Shown here piece by piece: positions 19,182 to 28,266 of a stretch of DNA of 64,000 bases. The notes under the pieces were generated by a model that searched no databases, had not been told where the DNA came from, and worked only from the letters and a program-made list of their open reading frames with translations. Numbering within the stretch: the stretch's first letter is position 1; every line of letters begins with the position of its first letter. The stretch spans positions 911-64,910 of the forward strand of contig JBQTJX010000018.1 of the NCBI GenBank assembly GCA_052386675.1. Direction: 5' to 3'. Both the position numbers and the translations under genes were made by a program. This DNA is from Betaproteobacteria bacterium. Its GTDB lineage: Bacteria > Pseudomonadota > Gammaproteobacteria > Burkholderiales > SG8-39.

Positions 19182-20855
19182 ATGGCGGTCTTCAACCTCG
19201 GCAAGTTCCGCGACCTGGCCTTCGGCCGGGAACCGTTGCCGGACCATCCCCTGAGCGACGCGGCGGAAGCGAAGAAACTGCTGGCGCTCCTGCCAGAGGA
19301 CGACCCCGATACCGCGCTGGCCGACCTGACCCACTGGGCGGCAACCATGAACGCCACCGAATCCTTCACGCCCGGCCGGCGCGCGCAGGTGCTGATGGAA
19401 CTGGATGCGGCGGCGCGGCCGCTGTGGCGCGCGCAGTCCACCCGCTACCTGCGCCCCGGCGGCAAGCTGAGCGAAAGCCGCGACGGCGAGCCCGGGCTGC
19501 TGCGCGCGCTGAACGACTGCGCCGCCGAGATCGCCAACGGCTTCGCCATCGCGCTGGACGCGGACGGCGAGGACAAGGGCTGGATGAAGAAGAACCGGCC
19601 GCTGGTGACGCTGCGCAACCTGCGCTGGCTGAACCGGCGCCTGGCCATCTCGCACATGTTGCAGCTGTCGGCGACGGGTGCGATCTGGGAGCGCCTGCAC
19701 CGACTGCACGCCATCGCGGAGGAAGGCAAGTACGCGCGGACCGCCATTGCGGTGCCCGACAGCGGAGGCAGGACGAGTTCGGCTCGCGCCGAGTACTCGC
19801 ACGCGCTGCTGCTGGAGCTCGCCGCGCCCGACAGCCTGCGCGGCCGCGAGGTGGAACTGGTGTTCCGAATCGCGCAGCGCGTGGCAGCCACTGTGCAGGT
19901 CGAGGCGGCCGCCTCGCCCGAGGCAACGTTCGCCATCGTGCCCATGGGCGATGAGCGGCCGATGCAGGTGCGCCGGCTCGGCAAGGGCGCGCTGCCCGGA
20001 CTCCTGTACATCAACACCGCGAACACCCTGCCGCGCCTGCGCGCGGCGCTGGAGCGCGACCAGGGTCGCGATCCCGGCGAGGAGGACACGCAGTTCGGCA
20101 ACGAGTACACACTGCGCGAACGCAACGCCATCCTCAACCGCCTGCTGGAGCACTGGGGGCCGAACCCGCCGCAGCGGCGCCTGAAGCGCGTCGCCATGGC
20201 GACGCCGGTGCGGCTGCTGGCGGGCTTCGATGCCGTCATGGGTGTGGTGCCGCCGCTGGAGAAGGAACGCGTGCCCGACGCCGACGTGTCGCGGCGCGAA
20301 CTGCAGCTGAAGCTGGACGCGACCAGCAAGTCCATCCAGCGCAAACAGGTGAAGGCGGCGCGCCAGAGCCCGGCGCGGCTGGTGGACGCAAGCTCCGGAG
20401 GCATGGGAATCGCGGTGCGCCGGGCCGACGCGCCCTGGGCGACGCTGGGTACGCTGGTAGCAATCCTCATCGAGCCCGGCAAGGACTGGATCCTCGCGGT
20501 GCTGCGCCGCGTCTACTCGGTCGAGGACGAACTGCGCCTCGGCCTTCAGCTGCTCTCGGCGAAGCCGCGGCTGATCACGCTGAAGGCCGATCCGCACGCG
20601 GGCTCGTCGAACGCCTGGGAAGAGGCCACCATGTTCGAGGACAGCTTCAAGGAGCACTTCCGCAGCGCCATCCTGCTCGAGCCTCAGCCCACGCCGCTCG
20701 CGGCCGCGGAATTCCTGCTGGCGCCAAAGACCGCCACTCGCGGCACGCAGTTCGACCTGCAACTGGCGCGCGGCACGCAGCGCCTGCGCATCACGCGCCT
20801 GCACGTGGACAGCGAACACTTCCAGCGCGCCGCCTTCGAACCCCTGATTAAGTAG
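19182..20855 (+). CDS. conserved hypothetical protein with a possible degenerate PilZ-like motif in the C-terminal third
   Basis: The track ORF starts at TTG 19164; the first ATG is 19182 (MAVFNLGKFRDLAFG). Motifs QRRLKRV (RxxxR) and LVDASSGGMGI (DxSxxG) are present but about 65 aa apart, so this is not canonical PilZ spacing. Confidence 0.55.
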   Translation: MAVFNLGKFRDLAFGREPLPDHPLSDAAEAKKLLALLPEDDPDTALADLTHWAATMNATESFTPGRRAQVLMELDAAARPLWRAQSTRYLRPGGKLSESRDGEPGLLRALNDCAAEIANGFAIALDADGEDKGWMKKNRPLVTLRNLRWLNRRLAISHMLQLSATGAIWERLHRLHAIAEEGKYARTAIAVPDSGGRTSSARAEYSHALLLELAAPDSLRGREVELVFRIAQRVAATVQVEAAASPEATFAIVPMGDERPMQVRRLGKGALPGLLYINTANTLPRLRAALERDQGRDPGEEDTQFGNEYTLRERNAILNRLLEHWGPNPPQRRLKRVAMATPVRLLAGFDAVMGVVPPLEKERVPDADVSRRELQLKLDATSKSIQRKQVKAARQSPARLVDASSGGMGIAVRRADAPWATLGTLVAILIEPGKDWILAVLRRVYSVEDELRLGLQLLSAKPRLITLKADPHAGSSNAWEEATMFEDSFKEHFRSAILLEPQPTPLAAAEFLLAPKTATRGTQFDLQLARGTQRLRITRLHVDSEHFQRAAFEPLIK

Positions 20856-20907
20856 GGACGGACCACGATTTCCGGCGACGTCCCGCCGGAAATCGTGGTC
20901 CGTCCCT
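20854..20907. repeat. REP-like palindromic element, copy 2 (likely terminator between convergent genes)
   Basis: AGGGACGGACCACGATTTCCGG, a 10-nt loop, then CCGGAAATCGTGGTCCGTCCCT followed by GATTTT. Same arms as 5242..5299. Confidence 0.75.
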
Positions 20908-20914
20908 GATTTTC

Positions 20915-22153
20915 CTAGGCGGCCTTTTTCTTGCGCTGCGCGTCCTTGACGTGCATCTGCGCGTAGGCGCCATGGGCGGCGGCTTCGGCATCGCCGACGT
21001 GCACCGGCTGGCCCATGTCGTCCAGCACCGAACCCAGCGCGGACAGGCACAGCATCACGTTGTCCGGGCGGCAGGAGTAGCCCATCAGGCCGATGCGCCA
21101 GATCTTGCCGGCGAGGGGCCCCAGGCCGGCGCCGATCTCGATGCCGAACTCGTTCAGCAGGCGCTTGCGCACCTCGGCTTCGTTCACGCCTTCCGGGCAA
21201 CGCACCGCATTCATCTGCGGCAGCTGATATTTCTCGGCCACCAGCATCTTCATGCCCATGGCTTCCAGCCCGGCCTTGAGCGCGACATGGTGGCGCGTGG
21301 CGCGCGCCCAGGCGTTCTCCAGCCCTTCCTCGCGGATGAGCAGCAGCGCCTCGTGAAGGGCGAAGAGCGAATTGGTGGGCGCGGTGTGGTGGTAGGTGCG
21401 GGCCCCGGCGTTCCAGTACCCGAGCAGCAGGTTCATGTCCATGAACCAGCTGTGGATCTTGTCCTTCCTCGCCTTGACGCGCTCGACCACGCGCTCGGAG
21501 AAGGACACCGGCGACAGGCCCGGCGTGCACGACAGGCATTTCTGGCTTGCCGAGTAGATGGCGTCGATTTCCCACTCGTCCACCTTGACCGGCGTGCCGG
21601 CCAGCGACGTCACCGCGTCCACGATCACCAGGGCGCCGTGCTTGTGCGCGATCTGCGTCAGCAGCTTCGCGTCCGACTGGCAGCCGGTTGAGGTCTCGGC
21701 GTGCACGAAGGCGACCACCTTCACGTCCTTGTGCTTCTTCAGCGCGTCTTCCACCTTCTGCGGGTCGACCGGTTCGCCCCACTTGTCCTCGATGAGGACG
21801 GGCACGCCGCCGCAGCGGATCACGTTCTCCAGCATGCGGCCGCCGAACACGCCGTTCTGGCACACGATCACCTTGTCCCCCGGTGCCACCATGTTGACGA
21901 AGCAGAACTCCATGCCGACCGAGCCCGGCCCGGAGATGGGAAACGTCAACGCGTTCTTCGTCTGGTAGGCGTAGCGCAGCAGCGATTTCAGTTCCTCCAT
22001 CATCTCGACGAAGACGGGGTCCAGGTAGCCGATCGCCGGCTGGCTCATGGTGGTGAGCACGCGCGGGTGGATCTCCGTCGGGCCGGGGCCCATGAGGGTG
22101 CGCTGCGGCGGGTGGAAGGAGTGGATGCGCTTGGCGGGGGCGTACTGGGTCAT
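20915..22153 (-). CDS. class V aminotransferase (serine-glyoxylate / alanine-glyoxylate aminotransferase type)
   Basis: MTQYAPAKRIHSFHPPQRTLMGPGPTEIHPRVL...AFVHAETSTGCQSD... GGAG lies 9 nt upstream of ATG 22153. The reading frame stays open upstream to 22423 (see next feature). Confidence 0.85.
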   Translation of the reverse strand: MTQYAPAKRIHSFHPPQRTLMGPGPTEIHPRVLTTMSQPAIGYLDPVFVEMMEELKSLLRYAYQTKNALTFPISGPGSVGMEFCFVNMVAPGDKVIVCQNGVFGGRMLENVIRCGGVPVLIEDKWGEPVDPQKVEDALKKHKDVKVVAFVHAETSTGCQSDAKLLTQIAHKHGALVIVDAVTSLAGTPVKVDEWEIDAIYSASQKCLSCTPGLSPVSFSERVVERVKARKDKIHSWFMDMNLLLGYWNAGARTYHHTAPTNSLFALHEALLLIREEGLENAWARATRHHVALKAGLEAMGMKMLVAEKYQLPQMNAVRCPEGVNEAEVRKRLLNEFGIEIGAGLGPLAGKIWRIGLMGYSCRPDNVMLCLSALGSVLDDMGQPVHVGDAEAAAHGAYAQMHVKDAQRKKKAA

Positions 22154-22423
22154 GGGATCGTTCTCCGGCATTCCGAAAGGGGCGTGCTCCGGGCGCGATT
22201 TCACGCGCACGGGGTTCTTGGTGCTGGCTTCGTTGATGACTTCGGCCGAGTTGATGCGGCCCTGCGTGACCCGCTCCACCTCGCCCGCCCAGCGGGCGGG
22301 GACGTAGCCGGTCTTCACCCAGTTGTGCACCACCGCGCGGTCGAGCTGGAAGGCGCGGGCCACATCGGCCTGGCTGCCGAACAGCTCGACGAGGCGGGTC
22401 GCACAGTTGGCATCGCTCGACAT
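22154..22423 (-). other. in-frame 90-codon upstream extension encoding a Cro/YdaS-like helix-turn-helix segment
   Basis: MSSDANCATRLVELFGSQADVARAFQLDRAVVHNWVKTGYVPARWAGEVERVTQGRI resembles small YdaS/Cro-type HTH proteins. There is no stop codon before the aminotransferase ATG. Confidence 0.45.
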
Positions 22424-22439
22424 CGGGTGAATTCTAGGC

Positions 22440-22458
22440 TGTCAAACTGAATTTGACA
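22440..22458. promoter_or_regulatory. inverted repeat TGTCAAA-N5-TTTGACA, a candidate operator
   Basis: Perfect 7-bp arms 17 nt upstream of the 22423 ATG, in the 43-nt gap after the hxlR stop. It is AT-rich in a GC-rich genome. Confidence 0.35.
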
Positions 22459-22466
22459 AGGCCCTG

Positions 22467-22820
22467 TTATGCACCCCGAAACTCCGGCGGCACCCTGGTG
22501 CCGCGGATGTACTTTGTCCCCCAGCGCGCCACGGCCGCGAGCACGTGGCCCAGGTCCCGCCCCTTGGCCGTGAGGGAGTAGCGCCAGCGCACCGGCCGGT
22601 CCTGATAGGGCTCGGCTTCGACGAGGCCTGCCGCCTCCATCTTCTTCAGGCGGTCGGCGAGGATGTTGGTCGGGATCGCCTCATCGCAGGCGAGCAGCGC
22701 CTTGAAGGTGTCCCGTCCGCGCAGCAGGTCACGCACCACGAGCAGCGTCCACCTGTCGCCCGCGAGGTCGAGGGCGCAGGCAACGGGGCAGCTGGAGCGG
22801 CGCTTGCCAGTCACTTGCAT
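22467..22820 (-). CDS. HxlR-family winged-helix transcriptional regulator
   Basis: MQVTGKRRSSCPVACALDLAGDRWTLLVVRDLLRGRDTFKALL...IPTNILADRLKKMEAAGLV...RWRYSLTAKG is the HxlR signature. Confidence 0.85.
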   Translation of the reverse strand: MQVTGKRRSSCPVACALDLAGDRWTLLVVRDLLRGRDTFKALLACDEAIPTNILADRLKKMEAAGLVEAEPYQDRPVRWRYSLTAKGRDLGHVLAAVARWGTKYIRGTRVPPEFRGA

Positions 22821-22829
22821 TATGCAAGT
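22813..22829. promoter_or_regulatory. perfect palindrome ACTTGCAT-T-ATGCAAGT, a candidate HxlR operator
   Basis: It overlaps the hxlR start codon in the 56-nt divergent region shared with the MFS gene. Confidence 0.4.
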
Positions 22830-22876
22830 ATATGGGCTAGCCTGCGCTCCCCGCAACCAGCAAGCCACCCGCATCC

Positions 22877-24088
22877 ATGTCCGGGAATTCCCGCGCCGCC
22901 CTCGTCGTCACCCTCGCCGCCGCTACCTTCCTCATGGTCACCATGGGCGTTCGCCAGTCCTTCGGCCTGTTCGTCTCGCCGCTCAACTCCTCCACCGGCC
23001 TTGGGATCGCGACCATCAGCTTCGCCCTCGCCATCGGGCAGTTCACCTGGGGCGCGATCCAGCCCATTGCGGGCGCGCTCGCCGACCGCCACGGCCCGGC
23101 GCCGGTGCTCACCGGCGGCATCCTGCTGCTCGCCGCCGGCACCGCGCTGACGCCGTTCATGGATTCGGGCCTGGGGCTCATCGTCGCGCTGGGCCTGCTC
23201 GCCTCCATCGGCTCGGGCGCGGGCAGCTTCTCGGTGCTGATCGGCGCCGCGGCGCAGCGCCTGCCCGCGGAGGCGCGCGGCAAGGCCTCGGGCGTGATCA
23301 ATGCCGGCGGCTCCATGGGACAGTTCGTGTTCGCGCCCATCGCGCAGGCGCTGATCCAGGCGCTGGGCTGGATGGCCGCGCTCTGGACGCTCGCCGCGAC
23401 GACGCTGCTCGCGCTGCCGCTGGTGCGCAAGGTGGCCGGCGGCTCCACCGCCGCGCCAGCGCCCGCTGCCGGCGGCGCCTCGCCCTGGAGCGCGCTGCGC
23501 GACGCCTTCGGCGACCGCAGCTACCTGCTGCTCAACGCAGGCTTCTTCACCTGCGGCTTCCACATCGCGTTCCTGGTGACGCACCTGCCGCAGGAAGTGG
23601 ACCTGTGCGGCCTGCCGCCGACGGTAGCGAGCTGGTCCCTCGCCATCATTGGCCTGGCCAACATCGCGGGAAGTCTCATTGCGGGCTACGCCACCGCGAA
23701 ATACCGCAGCAAGCACATCCTCGCGCTGATGTACGGTTCGCGCGCGCTGCTGATCGCGGTGTACCTGGTGTCGCCGAAGACCGAGCTCACCTTCTACCTC
23801 TTCGCCGCGGGGCTCGGGCTGACGTGGCTGGCGACGGTGCCGCCTACCGCGGCCATCGTGGGCAAGCTCTTCGGCGTGCGCTTCCTGGGGACCCTCTTCG
23901 GCATGACGCTGCTGTCGCACCAGATCGGCGGCTTCCTGGGCGCCTGGCTGGGCGGCCTCGCCATCGAGGCCACCGGAAGCTACGCCTGGATGTGGTACGC
24001 GGACATGGTGCTCGCGGCCGCGGCCGCGCTGGTCAATCTGCCGATTCGCGAGGCGCGGCCGGTCAAACCTCAAGCTGTCCCGGCATAG
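22877..24088 (+). CDS. MFS transporter
   Basis: 403 aa with about 12 hydrophobic segments (MSGNSRAALVVTLAAATFLMVTMGVRQSFGLF...). It is divergent from hxlR. Confidence 0.85.
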   Translation: MSGNSRAALVVTLAAATFLMVTMGVRQSFGLFVSPLNSSTGLGIATISFALAIGQFTWGAIQPIAGALADRHGPAPVLTGGILLLAAGTALTPFMDSGLGLIVALGLLASIGSGAGSFSVLIGAAAQRLPAEARGKASGVINAGGSMGQFVFAPIAQALIQALGWMAALWTLAATTLLALPLVRKVAGGSTAAPAPAAGGASPWSALRDAFGDRSYLLLNAGFFTCGFHIAFLVTHLPQEVDLCGLPPTVASWSLAIIGLANIAGSLIAGYATAKYRSKHILALMYGSRALLIAVYLVSPKTELTFYLFAAGLGLTWLATVPPTAAIVGKLFGVRFLGTLFGMTLLSHQIGGFLGAWLGGLAIEATGSYAWMWYADMVLAAAAALVNLPIREARPVKPQAVPA

Positions 24089-24146
24089 GGAATCGAAGTA
24101 CCCTCGGAGAAACGCACGCCATCCAGTGCCCGATAGCGGAGGATCG

Positions 24147-25868
24147 ATGACCACTCGCACCAGATACGCTGCGGCCCTTGCCGCGCTCGCGGCGCTTTCT
24201 TCCTGCGGCACCGGCCCGCAGAAGGACGACCCGGGCACCCGGTCGCTCGGAGTGGCGCGCGGCTCCGCGTTGATGGCGTGCACGGCGCTCCCTACCGCAT
24301 TCCGCTTCGAGCAAACGATCCTGGACTCGGCGGCGACCGTCGCAGTGGGCGGCCTCGCGCTCTCGGGCAAGCCGGCGCCCGCGCACTGCCTCGTCAAGGG
24401 CCGCATGTACCCGCGCAAGGGCGCGGACGGGCGCGACTACGCCATCGGTTTCGAGATGCGCCTGCCAAAGGACTGGAACGGCCGCTTCTACTACCAGGGC
24501 AACGGGGGGCTGGATGGAAACGTACAGCCGGCGCAAGGCGCGCTGGGCGGCGGTCCGCTCACGGGCGCCCTCCTGCAGGGATTCGCGGTCATCAGTTCCG
24601 ACGCGGGCCACAGCGGCGCGCAGACGCCCTACTTCGGTCTGGAGCCGCAGGCGCGCCTGGACTACGGCTACCAAGCGGTGATGAAACTGACGCCGATGGC
24701 CAAGGCGCTCATCGCCGCCGCCTATGGCCGGCCCGCGGACCGCTCGTATATCGGCGGCTGCTCGAACGGCGGCCGCCACGTCATGGTGGCCGCGGCGCGC
24801 CTGGGCAACCAGTACGACGGCTTCCTCGCCGGCGCCCCCGGCTATCGCCTGCCGCTCGCCGCGCTCACGCAGCTATGGGGCGCGCAGCAGTGGGCGCCGC
24901 TCGCCACACCCGGGGCTAGCGTGCCGCACCCGATGAATCCAAAGGCAAGGATCGCGGACCTGGGCAGCGCGTTCACGCAACCGGAACGCCGCGCCGTGGC
25001 CGATGCGATCCTGGCGCGCTGCGATGCGCTGGACGGCCTGCGCGACGGTATCGTCCAGGACACCCGGGCCTGCCAGGCCGCATTCCATGTTGAGCGCGAC
25101 GTGCCCACCTGCGGCGGCACGCGCAACGGCGCCTGCCTAACTGCGGCGCAGAAGCGCGTGCTCGCGGACGTGTTCGCCGGCGCGCGCACGAAAGAAGGCC
25201 GCGCGTTCTACGCGCCTTTTGCCTTCGACCCGGGCATCGCGGGAGAGAACTGGGCGCGCTGGAAGTTCGTGAACGCGCTGGCGCTCGACCCGCTCGCAGT
25301 GGGCGCGGTGTTCAGCGTGCCGCCTGGGCGGGTCGAGCCGTTCAAGGTGGACGTCGATGCGCGCCTGCCACTCCTTGCTTCGACCAACGCCGCGTTCGCC
25401 GAGTCCGGCCTCGCGCTCATGTCCCCGCCGGGCAACGACAACCCGGTGAATCTGGAGCCGCTGCGCGCGCGCGGCGCGAAAATCGTCCTCTACCACGGGG
25501 TGAGCGACGCGGTGTTCTCGGCCGAGGACACGCGCCAGTGGTGGGAGCGTGTGGATCGCGCCACCGGCGGCCGCGCGGCGCAGTTCGCGCGCTATTTCCC
25601 GGTGCCGGGGATGAACCACTGCAGCGCAGGTCCGGCCACCGACCAGTTTGATCTTCTCACGCCGCTCGTGCGCTGGGTCGAGGAAGGCGTCGCGCCTCAG
25701 GCCGTGACCGCGTCGGCGCGCGGTCCGGGCAATCCGGGCGGCGTCAATGTCGAGCTTCCGCAAGGCTGGTCGCCCGCGCGTAGCCGACCGCTTTGCGCCT
25801 ACCCGGCGGTGGCGCGCTACAAGGGCTCGGGCGATCCGGAGCTTGCGTCCAGCTTCGAGTGCCGTTGA
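24147..25868 (+). CDS. tannase / feruloyl esterase family alpha/beta hydrolase (lipoprotein)
   Basis: GGAGGA RBS and lipobox ALAALSSCG. WNGRFYYQGNGG and IGGCSNGGRH (nucleophile elbow) are typical of the tannase/feruloyl esterase family. Confidence 0.8.
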   Translation: MTTRTRYAAALAALAALSSCGTGPQKDDPGTRSLGVARGSALMACTALPTAFRFEQTILDSAATVAVGGLALSGKPAPAHCLVKGRMYPRKGADGRDYAIGFEMRLPKDWNGRFYYQGNGGLDGNVQPAQGALGGGPLTGALLQGFAVISSDAGHSGAQTPYFGLEPQARLDYGYQAVMKLTPMAKALIAAAYGRPADRSYIGGCSNGGRHVMVAAARLGNQYDGFLAGAPGYRLPLAALTQLWGAQQWAPLATPGASVPHPMNPKARIADLGSAFTQPERRAVADAILARCDALDGLRDGIVQDTRACQAAFHVERDVPTCGGTRNGACLTAAQKRVLADVFAGARTKEGRAFYAPFAFDPGIAGENWARWKFVNALALDPLAVGAVFSVPPGRVEPFKVDVDARLPLLASTNAAFAESGLALMSPPGNDNPVNLEPLRARGAKIVLYHGVSDAVFSAEDTRQWWERVDRATGGRAAQFARYFPVPGMNHCSAGPATDQFDLLTPLVRWVEEGVAPQAVTASARGPGNPGGVNVELPQGWSPARSRPLCAYPAVARYKGSGDPELASSFECR

Positions 25869-25878
25869 GGGCGTCCCG

Positions 25879-26349
25879 CTATCCGAGCCTGAGGCAGGCG
25901 AGCCCCTCGAATCGCGCGAAATCAGCGTCGAAGGTCACCAGCCGCAGGTGCGCGCTGCGCGCGAAGGCGGCCAGGTACGCATCGCTCCAGAGGCGCGCGG
26001 GGAATCCGGGCGTGCGTGCGTAGCCGAGAAACGCCGCCTCGCACCCCGCCGGCTCCGGTGCCAGCGCCACCTCGGGCAAGGCGCGCAACGCCTCGTAGCG
26101 GGCCGCAGCCTGCGCAGGCGAGCACGTGGCGGCGCCCATAAGCTTGGGTTGCGTGAGCAACCTCAAGAACCCCAGTACCGTCTGGCGGCAGAAGCAGATC
26201 TTGGGAACCTGCGCACCTTCTTCGCGCCAATAGCGCCGCGCGCGATCGTGATGGACGTGGTTGTCCACGGACAGCGCTATCCAGACGTTCAGGTCGGGAA
26301 GGTCGCCCGCGCGCAGGTACGCGTGTGCCGGCGCCTCGCCGGCATGCAC
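25879..26349 (-). CDS. vapC: type II toxin, PIN-domain ribonuclease VapC
   Basis: GTG start 10 nt after the vapB stop. LPDLNVWIALSVDNHVHHDRARRYW...LVTFDADFARF is the PIN-domain pattern. Confidence 0.8.
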   Translation of the reverse strand: MHAGEAPAHAYLRAGDLPDLNVWIALSVDNHVHHDRARRYWREEGAQVPKICFCRQTVLGFLRLLTQPKLMGAATCSPAQAAARYEALRALPEVALAPEPAGCEAAFLGYARTPGFPARLWSDAYLAAFARSAHLRLVTFDADFARFEGLACLRLG

Positions 26350-26359
26350 ACCTGCAGAA

Positions 26360-26608
26360 CTACGAGTCGGTGAGCGAGTCGGCAAGCGCGGTGAGTTCGG
26401 CGTTGCTGTACGCCTTGAGCTTGCGCCGCCCGCCGCGAACCGGCACGGGAAGCGCACTGGGCACCCGCTGTTCGGCGCCCCGCCCGCCCGTCGCGAGCCC
26501 GGCACGGACCAGTCTGGGCACCAGTTCCTTTAGCGTGGTGTCCTCCAGCGCCGCCTGCGCCTTCAGGGCGCGGAACAGGTCATCCGGCAGATCCAGTGTT
26601 GTGCGCAT
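26360..26608 (-). CDS. vapB: type II antitoxin VapB family
   Basis: MRTTLDLPDDLFRALKAQAALEDTTLKELV... is a typical VapB-type N-terminus. It lies directly upstream of the PIN toxin. Confidence 0.8.
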   Translation of the reverse strand: MRTTLDLPDDLFRALKAQAALEDTTLKELVPRLVRAGLATGGRGAEQRVPSALPVPVRGGRRKLKAYSNAELTALADSLTDS

Positions 26609-26631
26609 AAACGCATATTAGCACATCTCGC

Positions 26632-27372
26632 CTAGTAGGGCGCCACCCCGATGCGCCCGACCATCGGCAGCTTCAGCGCCGGGCGCAGCGGGTCGATCCC
26701 GAAGGTGAGCCCCAGCAGGTTCAGTTCGAGCCCTTCGACACCGCTGAGCGTCAGTGCCAGCACGCCGCCCAGCGACAGTTGCCCGCCGCGTCCGCTGGGC
26801 GCCGAGCCGACGATGCTGTCGCCCAGGTAGTCCTTGCCGATCGCGGTCGGCGGCAGGTGCGCGCCGAGTTCCGGCACCGCGCGCGTGATCCACGCCACGA
26901 AGGTGTTGGAGTTCGGCCCAGGCCAGGCGCTGTACTCGCTTGCATGGGGGTAGGACTTCGCCGCCGCGTCGATGCGCGGGATGAGCGCCGCAGCCTCGGC
27001 GCCGCGCTTGTCGGCATAGAGCTCGGGCTCGGCGCCGAACCAGCGCGCGTCGGCGTGGCGCTGGCTCACCACCACCGCCGATCCGGACCAGCGCAGGCGC
27101 CAGCCGATGACTTCGTACACCGTATAGGCGTCGGCGTTCTCGGGCTTCACCGCGACCCAGGTGTGCACGCCGAACAGGCCGCGCATGCCGACAGTGCGCG
27201 CGCCGTAGACCTGGACCACCGCTTCGGGCGTCGTCGCCGCGCTCGGCGCCAGGCCCACCGGCTCGCGGCTGGCGGTACGCCAGTCCTGCGCCACCACGGC
27301 GCGGCCGACCACGAGGGCAAGGAGGACGGCGAGGATGGAAACGGAAAGGACCACTTTGCGCGTGCGCTTCAT
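26632..27372 (-). CDS. DUF3750 domain-containing membrane-anchored protein
   Basis: MKRTRKVVLSVSILAVLLALVVG (anchor) ... GLFGVHTWVAVKPENADAYTVYEVIGWR... The upstream part of track ORF 26632..27624 is Arg/Gly-rich junk. Confidence 0.7.
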   Translation of the reverse strand: MKRTRKVVLSVSILAVLLALVVGRAVVAQDWRTASREPVGLAPSAATTPEAVVQVYGARTVGMRGLFGVHTWVAVKPENADAYTVYEVIGWRLRWSGSAVVVSQRHADARWFGAEPELYADKRGAEAAALIPRIDAAAKSYPHASEYSAWPGPNSNTFVAWITRAVPELGAHLPPTAIGKDYLGDSIVGSAPSGRGGQLSLGGVLALTLSGVEGLELNLLGLTFGIDPLRPALKLPMVGRIGVAPY

Positions 27373-27374
27373 CG

Positions 27375-28247
27375 CTATTCGGCAAACAACGGCTGCCCGA
27401 GTTCCCTGAACTGCACGACCTTTACATCTTCCCCGGCGCCTTCGGGAATTTTCACGCCCGGCCTGAGGCCCGCGAAGTCGAACAGCTTCCGGTCCAGCAG
27501 CTGCGAGGGCCGCACATCCGTCAATGCCCGCAGGATGGACTGGATGCGCCCCGGTTCGGTGCGTTCCCATTCCTTCAGCATCCGCCCGATCACCTTGCGC
27601 TGCAGGTTCTCCTGCGAACCGCACAGGGTGCAGGGAATGATGGGAAAGGCCTTATGTTCGGCGTAGGCGGCCAGGTCCTCCTCCGCCACGTACACCAGCG
27701 GCCGGATCACCACGTGCCTGCCGTCGTCCGAGCGCAGCTTGGCCGGCATCGCCTTCAGCGTCCCGGCATGGAAGAGATTCAGGAAAAAGGTCGCCAGCAC
27801 GTCATCGCGGTGGTGGCCGAGCGCGATCTTGGTCGCGCCCAGTTCGCCGGCGACGCGGTAGAGCACGCCGCGGCGCAGGCGCGAGCACAGCGCGCACATG
27901 GTCTTTCCCTCGGGCACCACGCGCTTGACGATGGAATAGGTGTCCTGCTCGACGATGCGGAACGGCACGCCGCGCGCTTCCAGGTATTCCGGCAGCACGC
28001 GCTCCGGAAACCCGGGCTGCTTCTGGTCCAGGTTCACCGCGACGAGGTCGAAGTTCACCGGCGCCTTTTCGCGCAACGCCAGCAGCACTTCCAGCATGCC
28101 GTAGCTGTCCTTGCCGCCCGAGAGGCACACCATCACCTTGTCGCCGTCTTCGATCATGCCGAAATCCACGATCGCGTCGCCCACCTGGTGGCGCAGCCGC
28201 TTGGCTAGCTTGTTCTGCTCGTAGTGGTCCTTGCGGGCGTCGGTCAT
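27375..28247 (-). CDS. ttcA: tRNA 2-thiocytidine(32) synthetase
   Basis: [11 protein letters not shown] (PP-loop), [19 protein letters not shown]. Confidence 0.93.
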   Translation of the reverse strand: MTDARKDHYEQNKLAKRLRHQVGDAIVDFGMIEDGDKVMVCLSGGKDSYGMLEVLLALREKAPVNFDLVAVNLDQKQPGFPERVLPEYLEARGVPFRIVEQDTYSIVKRVVPEGKTMCALCSRLRRGVLYRVAGELGATKIALGHHRDDVLATFFLNLFHAGTLKAMPAKLRSDDGRHVVIRPLVYVAEEDLAAYAEHKAFPIIPCTLCGSQENLQRKVIGRMLKEWERTEPGRIQSILRALTDVRPSQLLDRKLFDFAGLRPGVKIPEGAGEDVKVVQFRELGQPLFAE

Positions 28248-28266
28248 GAGGGAACCTGCGCGGCGC

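Noticed and set aside
19122-21863. 913-aa minus-strand ORF spanning the PilZ-like gene and part of the aminotransferase
   Set aside because: Low-complexity Arg/Gly-rich translation. It is out of frame with the clearly conserved aminotransferase and antisense to a better plus-strand CDS.
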